The notes below the pieces were generated by a model. The model made no database searches. It was not told the DNA's origin and saw only the letters and a program-made list of their open reading frames with translations. Made by a program: the position numbers and the translations under genes. A stretch of DNA of 62,229 bases, the filler included, from Dirinaria sp. TL-2023a (taxonomy: Eukaryota), in the NCBI GenBank assembly GCA_051941275.1. It is 5 parts of 5 records of this genome, joined end to end, with 100 filler letters (N's around TTAATTAATTAA, not from the genome) between each part and the next. Parts side by side here need not be neighbours in the genome. Positions count along the whole stretch, not along the records: positions 12,546 to 24,932 come from JAVEBF010000769.1; positions 25,033 to 37,387 come from JAVEBF010000770.1; 3 more parts are not named here. One strand, given 5' to 3'. Of the stretch, positions 21,885-34,697 are shown piece by piece (within the stretch, counting starts at the first letter, position 1; every line of letters starts with the position of its first letter).

Positions 21885-24424
21885 ATGGGGCCTGAATCCG
21901 TGACTTCACATTCACGAACGCGACTTCCGCACCTGGATACAGACGTTCCCCAGAACCACCCGCCGGAAACTAATTCAAGTTCCTGCTCGCCGCTCAGGCG
22001 CCGATCCACAGCTTCATCGACTGCCTCGCGTAGGCCGAGACGCTCCATTTTCAAAGAGGTGGACGTGGATGGGACAATGAGCGAAGCCAGGCAGTCGAGG
22101 TATCCCGCGTCGGCCATGCATGCAGACATGGATCGGGACTACTTTCAGTTGGAGCAAAGATACTTCCCGTACGGTTTGCAGCAGGCAAAGGGCACAACAA
22201 AGCCCTTTCTGGAAGACGAGACAGATGTCGTATTACCCAGGCCATCCAAAACATTGTACAGGCTGTACATACTTGCCTTCCTGATGATACTCAGTGCCTC
22301 TCTCTTCTTCGACGTACCACTGATCGGCAATACAAGAGCAACTATTGTTGGGGCAAAAGCCGGTTTAATCCGGAGGACAGATGCCGATGATACACCTACA
22401 AGAACGGAGGTGAAAGCCAAAAGGTCCGACAGTCCAACAGACGTTTGTAACCGGTGGGGCCACCAAAGCGCCTTGGTAAACGGTACAATATATGTGTATG
22501 GCGGCCATGCGAGTCAAGAGCAGGATCAGGGGACCAAAAACACATGGACAAATGACTTCATCTCCATGGATGTCACCAAAGACTTCCAAATATCAAGTCC
22601 TATTCTGAAAGGCCTTCCACAGCCTTCTGGACCGCCGGCTGTAGCCAATGCTTACCTATGGCAATCTTACGACACACTTTACCTATATGGCGGAGAGGTC
22701 TCAGATACCCCTCGGGCCTATCCTCAACCCTACTCGCTATGGGCCTATGATATCCCGAGCGGCCAATGGACCGAACACAGCAATCCAAAAACTAGCGCAG
22801 GAAATAACAGTGATGATGGCAATCAGCCTGTGCAGCAAGCCTCTGAGGGAGCTGGTGTCAGTGTGCCTCAGCTTGGCAGGGGATACTACTTTGCTGGTCA
22901 TCTCGATGCCTACAATACACCAGGATGGCCTTTGCCTATCCCACGAGTTTATCTCAAATCCATGATCGAATACACTTTCCCGGGCTTTACCAATGATGGA
23001 GTACAAGATTTGAGTGGAGGCAAGAAAGCTGGAAGTGATGGTGTTTGGCGAAACATCACCCAGGGCGGTATCCAGGATACATTTGCCTTTACCATCAGGG
23101 CTGATAGTGCAGTGGTATATGTACCTGGATTTGGTGACCAAGGCATCCTACTAAGTCTAGGAGGCGGCACCAATATGTCTTTCGTAAGATGCACCTCGAT
23201 CACCATGGGTTGTCACTGTCTAACACTTTTCCGCAGTCTCAAATGAACATCATTGATGTCTATGACATTGCCACTTCATCATGGTACAAGCAAGCCACTT
23301 CTGGCAAGTACCCTATCCTACGCGTTAATCCCTGTGCTGTCGCCGCTTCTGCGCCTGACGGTTCCTCCACAAATATCTATATGTACGGCGGCCAGAACCT
23401 TAACCCATATGAGAACCAAACCCAATATGATGACATGTGGATCTTGACTGTGCCATCCTTTACCTGGGTAAAGGTTGACACGAGCGGTCAATCGGTACCC
23501 CCTGCCCGCGTAGGCCACACCTGCAATCTTTACAATGGCCAAATTATTGTTATTGGCGGCTACAATACTGCAGGATTGGGCTGCGACACGGGCTTCTATG
23601 TCTTCGACGCGACGAATTTGACATGGGTCAATGACTTCAAGTCTCTCAGTGGTGGGGATCCGCAATCAAACCCCCAGAACCAACAAGCGTCGCAGAAAAA
23701 AGATCCTCAGGGTGTTGCCGGGTCATTTGGCTACCAAGTCCCCGGAGCAGTACAATCCGTAATCGGCGGTGGGCCCACAGGTGGTGCAACGGTTACCAAA
23801 CCTGCGCAGAGTGCTACAGCTGGACCTCTCGTGACTGGAAAACCGATCACATACAGCGTCTCGGGTACCTATACAATCACCGGGGCTAATGGGGCTGTTG
23901 TCACCGAGACCGGCTCTACGTCCTCCACTGGGGCTCAGTCCAGGAAAGATTCAGGCCCAAATATAGGTGCTATAGTCGGTGGCGTGCTGGCTGGCTTCTT
24001 CTTCATTTTGGCCTGCTACCTTGGCTTCTGCGCTTGGGTTTACAGGCGGCAGTTGGCGCTCTACAAGAACCACGTTGCCATGACCCAGCGCGCTGCTGCG
24101 GGGAATCCCAGCGAGAAAGCGGCGTTCCTGGCTAGTGGAGAAACGACAAGCAAGGACAGTGGCTCGGTAAGCCGGGCAGGAAAATACAGCACCCCCGATC
24201 AAAGCTCCGGCGTTGCAAGTGGCAGTGGCAATAGCGGGAACGGTCGCTCTTCTAACCTTCCGCCCGTCCCTCCAATCGGTAATGTCAATGGTGTCAGTAT
24301 GCCTGTCGGAGGCAACAGTACGGCGAACAGCAGCACCGAGGATCTGGGAAGGGGCATGGAGCCGAGTTTCGTGGGGGTGCTACTGAATCCGAGAAGGAGT
24401 CTGAGGGTTATCAACCGGGATTGA
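21885..24424 (+). CDS. Kelch-repeat membrane protein, 2 exons
   Basis: Repeated YxYGG...W Kelch blades, an N-terminal hydrophobic segment followed by a KR site, a Ser/Thr stalk and a C-terminal TM (IGAIVGGVLAGFFFILACYLGFCAWVY). Intron ~23184-23236. Start codon uncertain. Confidence 0.85.
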
Positions 24425-24932
24425 TGACGGGATATCTAATGACTGGTGTACGTAAGCTCGCCGAGGACGGGAGAGAGGGCAAGGAAGTAGGATGAACAAT
24501 CCGAAGGGGAGCAACAGTAGCAAGCAATTGGGGATGCCTGAAAGAAGGGGAAAGTTTTGCCCCAAGCCAAACAAAAACCTAAAGATAGAGAAAAAAGGGG
24601 GGAGAGGAGAGAGAGAAGAAAAAAGGGGGCGGCCATCCTGGGGATGATGAATCGGAGATCACCCGCACATACATACATACATACAACTCGTCTGTTTGTT
24701 TTTTTGGAGTTCTCTGAGATACCACTCTGCGTGTTTTTTTTTTTCCATCAGCGATTAATAGATTAATGATCTTCTATTATCTGAGGGAATGGGATCTAGG
24801 TAGTAATGGGAGCTGGTCGGTCGGTTGGCGGATGGGGGAAAGGCAGTATATACATACACAAGGAAGGATGGGGCCTATTGTAGATAGGACACGTACATAT
24901 ATGGATGGAAGGAAGGTATGGATGGGTTGATT

Positions 24933-25032
24933 NNNNNNNNNNNNNNNNNNNNNNNNNNNNNNNNNNNNNNNNNNNNTTAATTAATTAANNNNNNNNNNNN
25001 NNNNNNNNNNNNNNNNNNNNNNNNNNNNNNNN
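24933..25032. other. Artificial contig linker
   Basis: N44-TTAATTAATTAA-N44. Confidence 0.98.
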
Positions 25033-25331
25033 GGCGGAAGGGAAAAGGATCAGAAAAGGGTGATATGTGGTGGAAGCTGAATATAATATTGTCAGGTGAG
25101 AGATCAAGAAGCGGTCATTACTTTAGATGATGGGCTTGGAAAGGATAGACATAGATTAATTTACGAATAGAAAACGCGATAATGAGCTATCTAGTTGCGA
25201 TAACCCAATGGTGGAAGATTAAAATCAAGTCTGGGCAAGTTAGAAAGGTATCTTGTTGTTAAAGATGTAGAGTGAGAGTCCATGCAGCTGACAGTCATCT
25301 ATCACTTCTATCTAGCATTGACCTGCTGAAT

Positions 25332-27517
25332 TTAAGGTTTGAGACTGTGAGATGTCTGCCGCTTTTTGATGAGCATCTTGGTGCTCTCATAGGGCATCTG
25401 AAAAGATTCCCAATGCCATCTGACTGGCTTCTTGCTGTCTTCTAGACGAAAATCGTATTCTTGAATTAGCTTGACCAGAGTCATCTTCATGACTAGCGAA
25501 GAGTGCCAGCGACCGGGACTATTTAAGATTAGCTGATAGGCACCGTAGAGGTACGTAAGCATAGTGCAGGTGCTTCCAAAAGCGCTGTATTGACTCACCA
25601 GGCTTTGGAGCCGAGACCCCAAACCGGGAAATCTCTGGAAGCGTCCGTGAAGGTAGTACCGCTCATGGGGTTCTTCATCGATCGAGTACGAGAATCTTTC
25701 ACGAAGCGATGTCCGTCAAATGTATCTGCTTGAGGATACTGAGATTCGTCGTGCATTAGTTCCCAAGCGGGTGCGCAGACGACTTGGCCCTGCGGAATCG
25801 GATGACCTGTGCTGCGGAAGGAAAACGACTTTGTAGCTTTACGACGAATGGCCACTGCATGCAAGCAATGTCTTAATTAGCTCTACTAAGCACACGAACG
25901 GGACGGGTTGAGTGGTGCCTACTTTTGTCCAAGGGGTTCACCCTCACGGATTCCTTGATGAAGCTATCAAGAACCGACAGCTGACAGATCGTCTTACAAT
26001 CTAGAGGGCCTTCGACCTGCTCGATCTCTTCGCGGATGAGCTCGACGTATTCCGGTCGACTGCAGAGCTCCAGAAGGACGAAGTGGAGATTCTGCTAAAG
26101 CTTTAGCCGTCCTCATAATGAATAAGTGCTGATGGTGTACATACAATCCAGGGTTGATGCGCTGCTGCGAACCATACCCCAAGCATTGTTTGAGCGATCG
26201 AGAATGGTGTCCAGAAGTCTTTCTCGGTCGAACCGTCCAGTAGGTGGTGTAAGACGGTCATCTGTGTAGGGGTCAGCCTTGCCAAGTTATGTTATTTTCC
26301 CCGCATACTGATCTCAGAGGCTCTTCCTCTTGCCAAGCGTTTAGATTAGGGTCCGCAATTTCAGAGAGACGAGAGACTAAGATCTTGAGAGCTTGTCCTT
26401 TTTTGGTAATCAAATTGTACAATGACCTTTTCCTGTCAGTAAGAGCTTATAGGGTCCATGATGAGTAGATACCTTTTCATGAAGGAAGGTACGAGCTGAG
26501 AAGCTTTCATGAATGTGACGGTGTCGTAGTAGTACTGAGACATCGCCCAGGAGAATCTTGGATGCTCAGCTATCGTGAAATTAGCTCTACTTTGCCTTTG
26601 TGGCACGGGACTTTCTACGGATCGCCCTCTGTTGTGCGCGTTGGACGGAGAGGGTGAACCTCAGCTTACAGAGTGTCTTCCCGAACACATAGTAACCTAG
26701 TAGTCCAGTGATGCAGTCTCTCATCAATACGGCAACAGTGATGGACGTCCACCCTAGATTCTTCTCAGTTGATGAACTCCTTAGAACATATCTGACAGAC
26801 CGTCAGTGTCAGAGCTAATTTGTGACTCTAGCTTCTGAGCAATGATATCGTCCAGCTTCTCCTTCAGATAAGGCTGTAGAGCTTCGATCTGCGGCAAACC
26901 TTTGACTTTGATGGCACGCGTAGGAAGTCGATGACGGATGTTTATCTGTTGGATTGGGTCCCAGTCGACATTGTTATGGCCCATGGTATACTGGAAACCA
27001 AAGATCTGATCTCACAATTAATACTAATAATTGCTTGACCAAAACTTTTGACGCTTACATCGCCATACACCGCGGCTTGAGAAAGCTCAGAGGCCTCACA
27101 GAGCTCTTGTATGTCTTCGACCGATCGTACAAGATAGGGTTCACGCCTCAAGAATGGTTGATAATATTGCCTAGACCGCTCCGGCTGGTCAGCATCTCTC
27201 GCGGATCCCTATCTTTAAAAGCGTCAATCAGCTCACAAAATCCTGAAGGACCTTGACGAAGTAGGCGCTCTTGTCTTTTGCTGCTTGCACAAGAAACTGA
27301 AGCCAATCCAGAGGCAAAAACCGATAGGAGCCCTTTAGCAGCGACATGGTTGATCAGTTGCGCACCCTTTCGAGGAGGAGATATCTATTTGTGCTTAACA
27401 CACATTGGACTTCGACCAATGGCCGACTGAGAACACAACCCATACTAGCAAGCCTACGGATAGCAAACTGCTTGTCTGGGGCAAACTATTAGTATCATCC
27501 AGACTGACGGTAGACAT
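25332..27517 (-). CDS. Cytochrome P450 monooxygenase (many introns), secondary-metabolism type
   Basis: N-terminal TM anchor, I-helix WFAAAHQP, DSFIKESVR (ExxR), FDGHRF (PERF-like) and heme motif WGLGSKA-C-PGR split by an intron. Confidence 0.9.
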
Positions 27518-28894
27518 TGTCAGGCTGGACAGGTCTTTTAAATGTCCTTAAAGCTTAGATGTTATCGAGAAATCGAGAGATATGCCGATAATGAATCTTT
27601 CTCCGAGAGCGAATTCTTGAACTTCCCTTTATGGTCGTTTGGTAATTGGAAAACTTGAAATATCTTGGACCTACACCGCGCTTTTTGCTTACGATACCTA
27701 CAAAGCAGGCAGCAATATCATTTGCCGGACAATGACTGTGCTGTGCATGCCTGCATGCACCAGGTCAGGCTTGCAGCATGCACATCATGCAGCTGCACAA
27801 TAGACGGGTTCTCGGAGGAATGCCTGATTTGGAATCTCATGTGATTGCAAGGCGGGTTTAAACTGCCGAATCAATCAGCGATAGGAAATGCCATTGTACG
27901 ATGTGAATCACAATCATAGACGACGATATATGACTCAAATGTATTGGGAAGATTTTATCACGCACTCGATATACGGGTAAGACTAGAAATCATACGGCCA
28001 TTACGGTACCTAGACCAACAGATCCGAAAGAGGATTCCTCCATGCATTGGTAGACAGACCCCAGAGCCTCGCTATAACACAATTTGCTACCATATCAATA
28101 TCTGCTTCTGCAGTGCATGAGCGCCTCATTGTAAATGTAGATGCCTAATTGTTGCTGAAGCTTTCTGAGGCCCAGACACTTGCTACGACTGAACTCGCGG
28201 GAAGCCGAGGATATTGATTTCTGGAACGCGGAGACTAAATGAGGATTCTGGGCTATTCTGGATGACCATGTCAGCAGCGTGCCCTTGGCGTTGACGTTGA
28301 TTGTAGCAGAATCAGTGAGATCACTCGCATTATGCTTAACTTTAGTCGCCCTCGACTTTTCTTTTTGCGCTAGATCCCGAGTTTTGTCGATTACTCCTAT
28401 CAAGGTTAGACTTCAATTGTCCAAGCACACTAAGACCAAGTATGCCGTTCAGGCAACTCTATCACCTGCGCACTCATACGTTGACCTGCCTGCCGATCGC
28501 AGCGATGCAACCACCACGAACCATGACCACCTCACCATACATTCAATCCTTGCAAGCGAGCTGCGATACTACAGGATGATTGCCTGCAAGCTTGCCCGAA
28601 GCTTGGACTTATCGGTAATGGGGCTTAATCAATTATCCATGATGTACGCCGTGTTTCGACAGCGCCCTCACACCCTCCAAATTACCATTGGGGTTACGGA
28701 TTGACGTGCATAGCTATTTGTCAATCCTCTCTGGATGAGGATCCAGCGACTATGCATTCCTAGCGCAGGATCAATCAATTGTCCAGGGCGACAATGCCAA
28801 AATCTTCCCGACCGTTGTCGGTTTACAATCCTCCAAAATACACTCCCATCTAAGATTTATGCCCTTGATCTAGAAAGAAGGAGAAATAAAGACA

Positions 28895-30723
28895 ATGATA
28901 TACATCACTGTTGGGACGCTCCTTCTCCTCCTCTTATGGAGGATTTGGAGGTTCAGCCTACAGCCGGCGTTGCATCCTGAAATGCCAAAGGAGCTTCCAT
29001 ACTGGATACCTTGTCAGTCTTAGATGGTTTCTCTCATCACCACACGAAGATATTGACAGTATGTTCAGGGTTAGGTTCGACGATCCTTCCAGTTTCTCGT
29101 CCTCCCAGGACTGCATCCATTTCCAAAATCGACTAATTCTGGAGCAATAGGTCACCTGATTGGATTTAGCAGGGACTCCTTCGGGTTGCTGCAGCGGGGA
29201 AGGTACGCGTCTGACTGAGTTGATGAGGAGCGTGCACTGACCATGGTCTTCTGTCAGGAGATACTTTGGGAACTCTGGAGGGCCATTTGCCATCACTCTG
29301 GCTGGGCGCAGTCTGTATATTGTCACCTCTGCTGACAATATCGAAGAGCTATACAGAAGTACAACCACGCTATCTTGGGAAGGGTTCGTTCAAGAGCTAT
29401 ATAAATGGATCGGTTTCTCAAAGGATGGAATGGAGAGGTTCTGGCGACCTCCTTCTGAAGAAGAGAAATTAGAAAATCCAGTGCGCGTCCTTTCCCCAAA
29501 CCAGATGTTCGCCGAATATCAACGCCGTCAGCTACGTCCTGGAGAGAAGTTGGACATAATTGCTGAAAAGATGGTCAAGCAAGTTAGTGACCTGTTGCAG
29601 TGGCAGAACTTGAATCTTGATCAACCGGATGTTGTTGAGCGCTCGGCCAGCCAACAGAACCTATCTTTGATCAGCTGGACTACGCAAACATTCATCCGCA
29701 CCACCACTGAGGTTTATTGGGGGGGAAAGCTGTTCGAAATAGAACCCGAACTCTTACATACATACAGAATTTGGGAGAACACGGCTTGGAAATACGTCTT
29801 TCAGATCCCTCAACTCTTTAGTCGCGATATGTATCAAGCTCGAGACAAGCTAGTCAATGCTTTTACTGCATACTTCAAGCTTGCTCAAGCGGAGAGAAAG
29901 GACGTTGCATGGTTTGTGCCGACTGCAGAGGCAGAGATGAGAGATATCGGATTGGATGAGTCTGATCTCGGAAGAGCACATATGTTGCAGCACTGGGCGT
30001 AAGTCAATCTCTCTCTGCCTGCTCGACTTACCTAAGCCACCGTTATGTCAAATCATTCGTACTCCGCTATCTGACTTGACCAAGCTGATACTGCCGCGCA
30101 GGCTTAACGGAAATATGCCCAAGGTATCATTCTGGATCATGGCTCATTTACTCCACGATCCTGCTCTTCTCGAAGCCGTCCGGGATGAGACCGCTCCTGG
30201 TGTAGTCGACGACTCGCCAAAGATTCCTTACCTCCTCGATAATTGCCCTCGGCTAGAAGCAGTCTATCACGAAGTCCTGCGCTTGCAAATGTCAAACTCC
30301 CTCATGAGACAAGTGATCAAGCCGACACGAATCGGTGGTAAAGTCCTCCAAGAGAATCGCAACGTTTTAATTCCCTATCGAGTGCTGCACTACGATCAGC
30401 AGGTTTGGGGAGCCAATGCTGCTACCTTTGACGCAAATCGCTTCCTTGGCAGGAAAAGGTTAGCACGTGATCCCAACTACAGACCGTTTGGAGGCGGCCA
30501 GCACATGTGTCCGGGACGATTCTTGGCAAAGCAAGCTATTTTTGCTTTTGTGGCTCTCACTCTCTCAAGATATGAGCTTTGTATCCAGAGTCATGGAAGA
30601 GACGGTCGTTCTCAGCACAATTTCCCGCGGGTCGAGGACTTCAAACCAGGTCTTGGGACATTGGGACCAAGGAAAGGCGACGACGTTATTGTGCGCTGCA
30701 CTCTAAGAGCTCAAGTACAGTGA
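28895..30723 (+). CDS. Cytochrome P450 (CYP7/CYP8-like I-helix)
   Basis: TM anchor then PKELPYWIP(WLG)H, WALNGNMP I-helix, EVLR, FDANRF and FGGGQHMCPGR heme motif. Confidence 0.92.
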
Positions 30724-31331
30724 CTGATAAGCGGAACGCTTAAATAATTAGGATGTTGAAGTTGACGACTGGTTTTGTAAGAACTATGGAGGTGTGTGTG
30801 GTTAAATACATGCAAGGCTTGGCATAGGGCTGAGAGTGTTATATGCGCGTCAACATAGGAATCTGTTGGAAAATATCGCTCCATGCACCTAACCTATTTG
30901 GTATCAGCCAGGTCAGTGGTCAGATACTAGTTATAGGCGACTAGTTTCAGGTGTCAAAGTTATTATAGTCATATAGGGGGTCAAGGAGGCCCCAGAGATC
31001 CATATGGCGTTCAAAGATTTCCAACAGTATCTATCAAGAAACCTCTCAATGCTCCCGATGGCTAGCAATGGGTCACTAAAATTCTGCACGTCGAGCTAAA
31101 GTCTACATGTTCTCGCTTCAGAGATACGTCTGAGTACCACCGAAGTTTGTACATACACGTGCCAAGAATTGAGTTTTTCCACAAGGCTGAACACAGGCCG
31201 AAACACCTTAAAGCTATACTACTAAGGGCAAGAGTGAGCTCGAAAACTGCAATCAAAACACAATGCATCTGAATAGGAATTCTACATAAGTACTACATCG
31301 TATTATTATATTGAGCAAAGCTCGACATGGT

Positions 31332-32931
31332 TTACACCATATCCTGGTTGCTCGTTGAGCTCTGCTGCTCTATATCATATTTCAAGTGTATCCCGTCATC
31401 TTCCACCTTGTCCGGACTACCCGAGCGGACTAATGTTCGCAGCGTCTTAGTCGATGGCGCCGTCTCATACGATGACAACGGAATAGCGCCTCCGTCCCTG
31501 TGATCCACATTTGCATATCCGCCTGATTTGGAATGACTCCGTCCGGACCAGTCTGGCTTCGAGGACTTGCCGGATCGGGTAGAAGGATAAAGCCTATGGA
31601 AAGGCCCACTGAATAAGGATCCAAGACCTTTCCAGCTCGGCTTGTGATGACGGAGTAAGCTGGACATCGCCGGCTAAAGAAGGCCACATGTGGTTAGAAA
31701 CGGTTCAACAATCCATATCAAAGGGGTAAAATACCATGCAACTGGCTGTGACGCCGACGCAGATCTCGACAAGGCTGGAGTCGCCGTCAGCAAGGAGCCA
31801 AAACACCGACCAGACATATCCCAAATTACCTTGTGAGCAGTGCAGGCATGACCTCATACGTAACGTCTCCCACGCTATGATCGAGCTTCCACTTATAATA
31901 TATCGACAGAATCGAAGCAATGCAAGCACTGCACGATTTAATCAGCCAGATGCGTCTACGGGCGAGGCTCAGAGGCGAAATACATTCCACCAGTCAAAAA
32001 CACCGCGATGACGCCAATCCTGCGCTTCCGCGAGAGCTGAAGCTGATTGATCGCAGCGATCGGCAAAATGAATATAATGACATCTAGTACAAAGCCTACA
32101 CAAGCTATGCCCACAGTGGCTCTGAGTGTTCTGGTGGTTCCCGGGCCTTGCGCCGTCTGGAGCCACGATCCACCTGGTGCAGGCGCTATCTCCACGAGAG
32201 TGAAGATAACTATGCCCAGGTAGAACAAGGATGTGAATATGATACCGGCATAAGAGCTGTAGCGTAGCCACCGCATTGGCCAGAAGAGCTGCAAATATAG
32301 AAGGAAAAAGGTTGTCTTAGCGAATGGGATATATAGGAAGAAAGTCCAGTTCGTGAAGAATGACGTCTGTGTTCGCAATGCCTCAGCTTGTTTCGGCTCG
32401 ATTTGGGTTCGAAGAGCAGCATACAATGAGGAATGGGTCACTTGACACATCAGCCACCGTCAAATCCCACATGTGTGTTCCAAAATGCCCCACAGTCACC
32501 GCTGGAAAGTATCAGTCCATCGCCTGAACCTTTGAGTGCTTCCATTGCCTTACCGAAAACATTGGTAATATAATACAAAGTTGCTCCAAGCTGAGGCAAG
32601 GAAATTGAATTAGCAGTTGAGCAGCCTGAAGATCTATCTCATGTGTGAGCTCACCGCCGCAATGAAGCAAGTGACTATGGTACTTGATCAGCTTTCTATG
32701 GCGTTCTAGCCAAGTATTGGACGTCGAGTACGTACAGTCGTCCAAACTAAACTTCCCGACAATCTTGACTTTGTTATAAACCCTAACCAGAACGAAGAGG
32801 ATCATTATAGCGAGTACCACAGCGCCGACAGAGATGAGGGTCGGCCCCTCTGTATATGGGTTTTGTAAATTTGGAACAACACCCGGTGGTGGTTTAGCAG
32901 CCGGAAGGGAGGCTTGCGTTACTGGATCCAT
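31332..32931 (-). CDS. PTH11-like / fungal rhodopsin-domain integral membrane protein (no CFEM)
   Basis: PA.KPPPGVVPNL.NP N-terminus, LVRVY.K....DD, K.TFFLLYL.LF, LDVIIFILPI..I.QLQLS..RRIGVI.VF.TG and EICVGV..SCM. Multiple introns. Confidence 0.88.
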
Positions 32932-34697
32932 TGCATACGCCGATGCTTTCGGTCAAGAATCGTGAGCTCGTGTGTTTTGAAAGAAGATGAAGCCAAGCTA
33001 ACATTTCCAAAACGGATGAAGCGTAGTCAGAATGGACAAAAAGTAAAGGCTACGTAATCCTGTTGAGCCCCATTCAAATTCACGCATCTCGGAAGGATTG
33101 TTCGCTGTAAAAGCGAACGTCTTTACTTCGATCAATGATGGTGCGCGAACCATGTTGCAACATCTTGACCGGAATGCCCCGGGATAGGAGGCATGGACCA
33201 CCCTCAAGTTGGCGGTGGACGTGCTTTCAGGCCGATCGTGTAACCACATAGAAGAACAAACAAATGCTGATCAGCGATTGCATTGGCAATGGGAGGGTTG
33301 CAATGCATGTTCGAGCATGCAGCGGAGGGGGCTGGAAGGAGCGGGTAGGCAAGAAGATAAAAATGCGGAGGAGCGAAAACTGGGGTCGGCAGACCAATCA
33401 CAGTGTTCTGCGGGCGCACAATAAGCGGCATTTGAATTTATTTGCTTTTCTAGCCATCCGGACAATCAATCTCGGATCATCGAAGGAGAAGCCTTTCGAA
33501 TTCGCAAATGGTGAACTGCTTTGGGTGGGCAGGTTCTGACTTGGCAGCACTTGCAGTCCAGGTGGTCAAGCTACGAGCGCATATACACAGGCTTCGAAAT
33601 GCGCAAATATCTACCTCAACCCTCTTATTATTGGAACGTCTTTTAATTGACGTAGTGTCTCTCCAATGTTGTTATAGGAGGTAAAGTCTAAGGCGCTCAC
33701 TAGCGGAAGATTTTGTAGCAACTGCTACTGGTGGTCTGCACCGAAAGAAGCTGACCGCATAATATCCACCCACCACCCTTCGCTTCAGACGCACTAAGCA
33801 TATTCTGCGAGGCGCTTGTCAAGAACGATATGCAACATCGCCTTTCTCGCACCAACCACAATCTCTAGCAATCCAATCATCAATTTCCCTTGTTGCTCCA
33901 CCTGGGTTCTACGGATCGTGCCGCTGGAGGACTAAACCATAGGTTTTGTCTTGCTTAAGAGACGATCTCATACTGACTTGCTTAGCACCAGCATACTACG
34001 ATGCATAATATCACGTACCTTCTCGTAAACACAATCTTTCGTTCAGAGTCTTGTGTCTGGTTCTCGCAAAATAGGTGAACATGCTTATCCATGAGCTGCC
34101 AGCAAGCCATGACACTCCACCAGTGACCCATGGGCTTCCGAGCTCACTTGGGGGCCTCAGGGTGATAACGCCATACGTCCGTGCCGCGAAAATGATGCAT
34201 GCTCTGGCAACGAATCAAGTCAACGGAAGCTATGTCGCTTCGAACCAGAAAACCCTGCAATCTCTGCCTACTCTGATTTGCTTGTGTGGTCCCAGTTCTG
34301 CTTACGCAATACCACCACCAATCGTCCAAAAAGGTAAGAGACTCTCCACTTGAGCTTGATCTTTTCAAGGGTCCAATTGGCTTTATCGCGACCAGCTTCC
34401 AGGATAGAAGCCTTGCTTGTCAGCGCTCATACAATGAGTCTGCTTTGCAAGGCTAACAGTTCACTTTAATTAAATCCGCGATAGGTCGAGAGCCTCTTTG
34501 AGCGTCTAATACCGGAGCTCTAGGATACCACCAATGCACAAAGGGCGGGTGTACCCTAGCGCCTATCCCATCGCGAACGAAGCAACAGAACCTCGTCGAT
34601 GGTGCCGGTTTTGCTCAAATCGCTTAAAGTCGCGTTATTGGTCATTCCTACAAGATCTCTGCATTCCCAGAAATGCTACCCTGCATCCTGACGTCCC

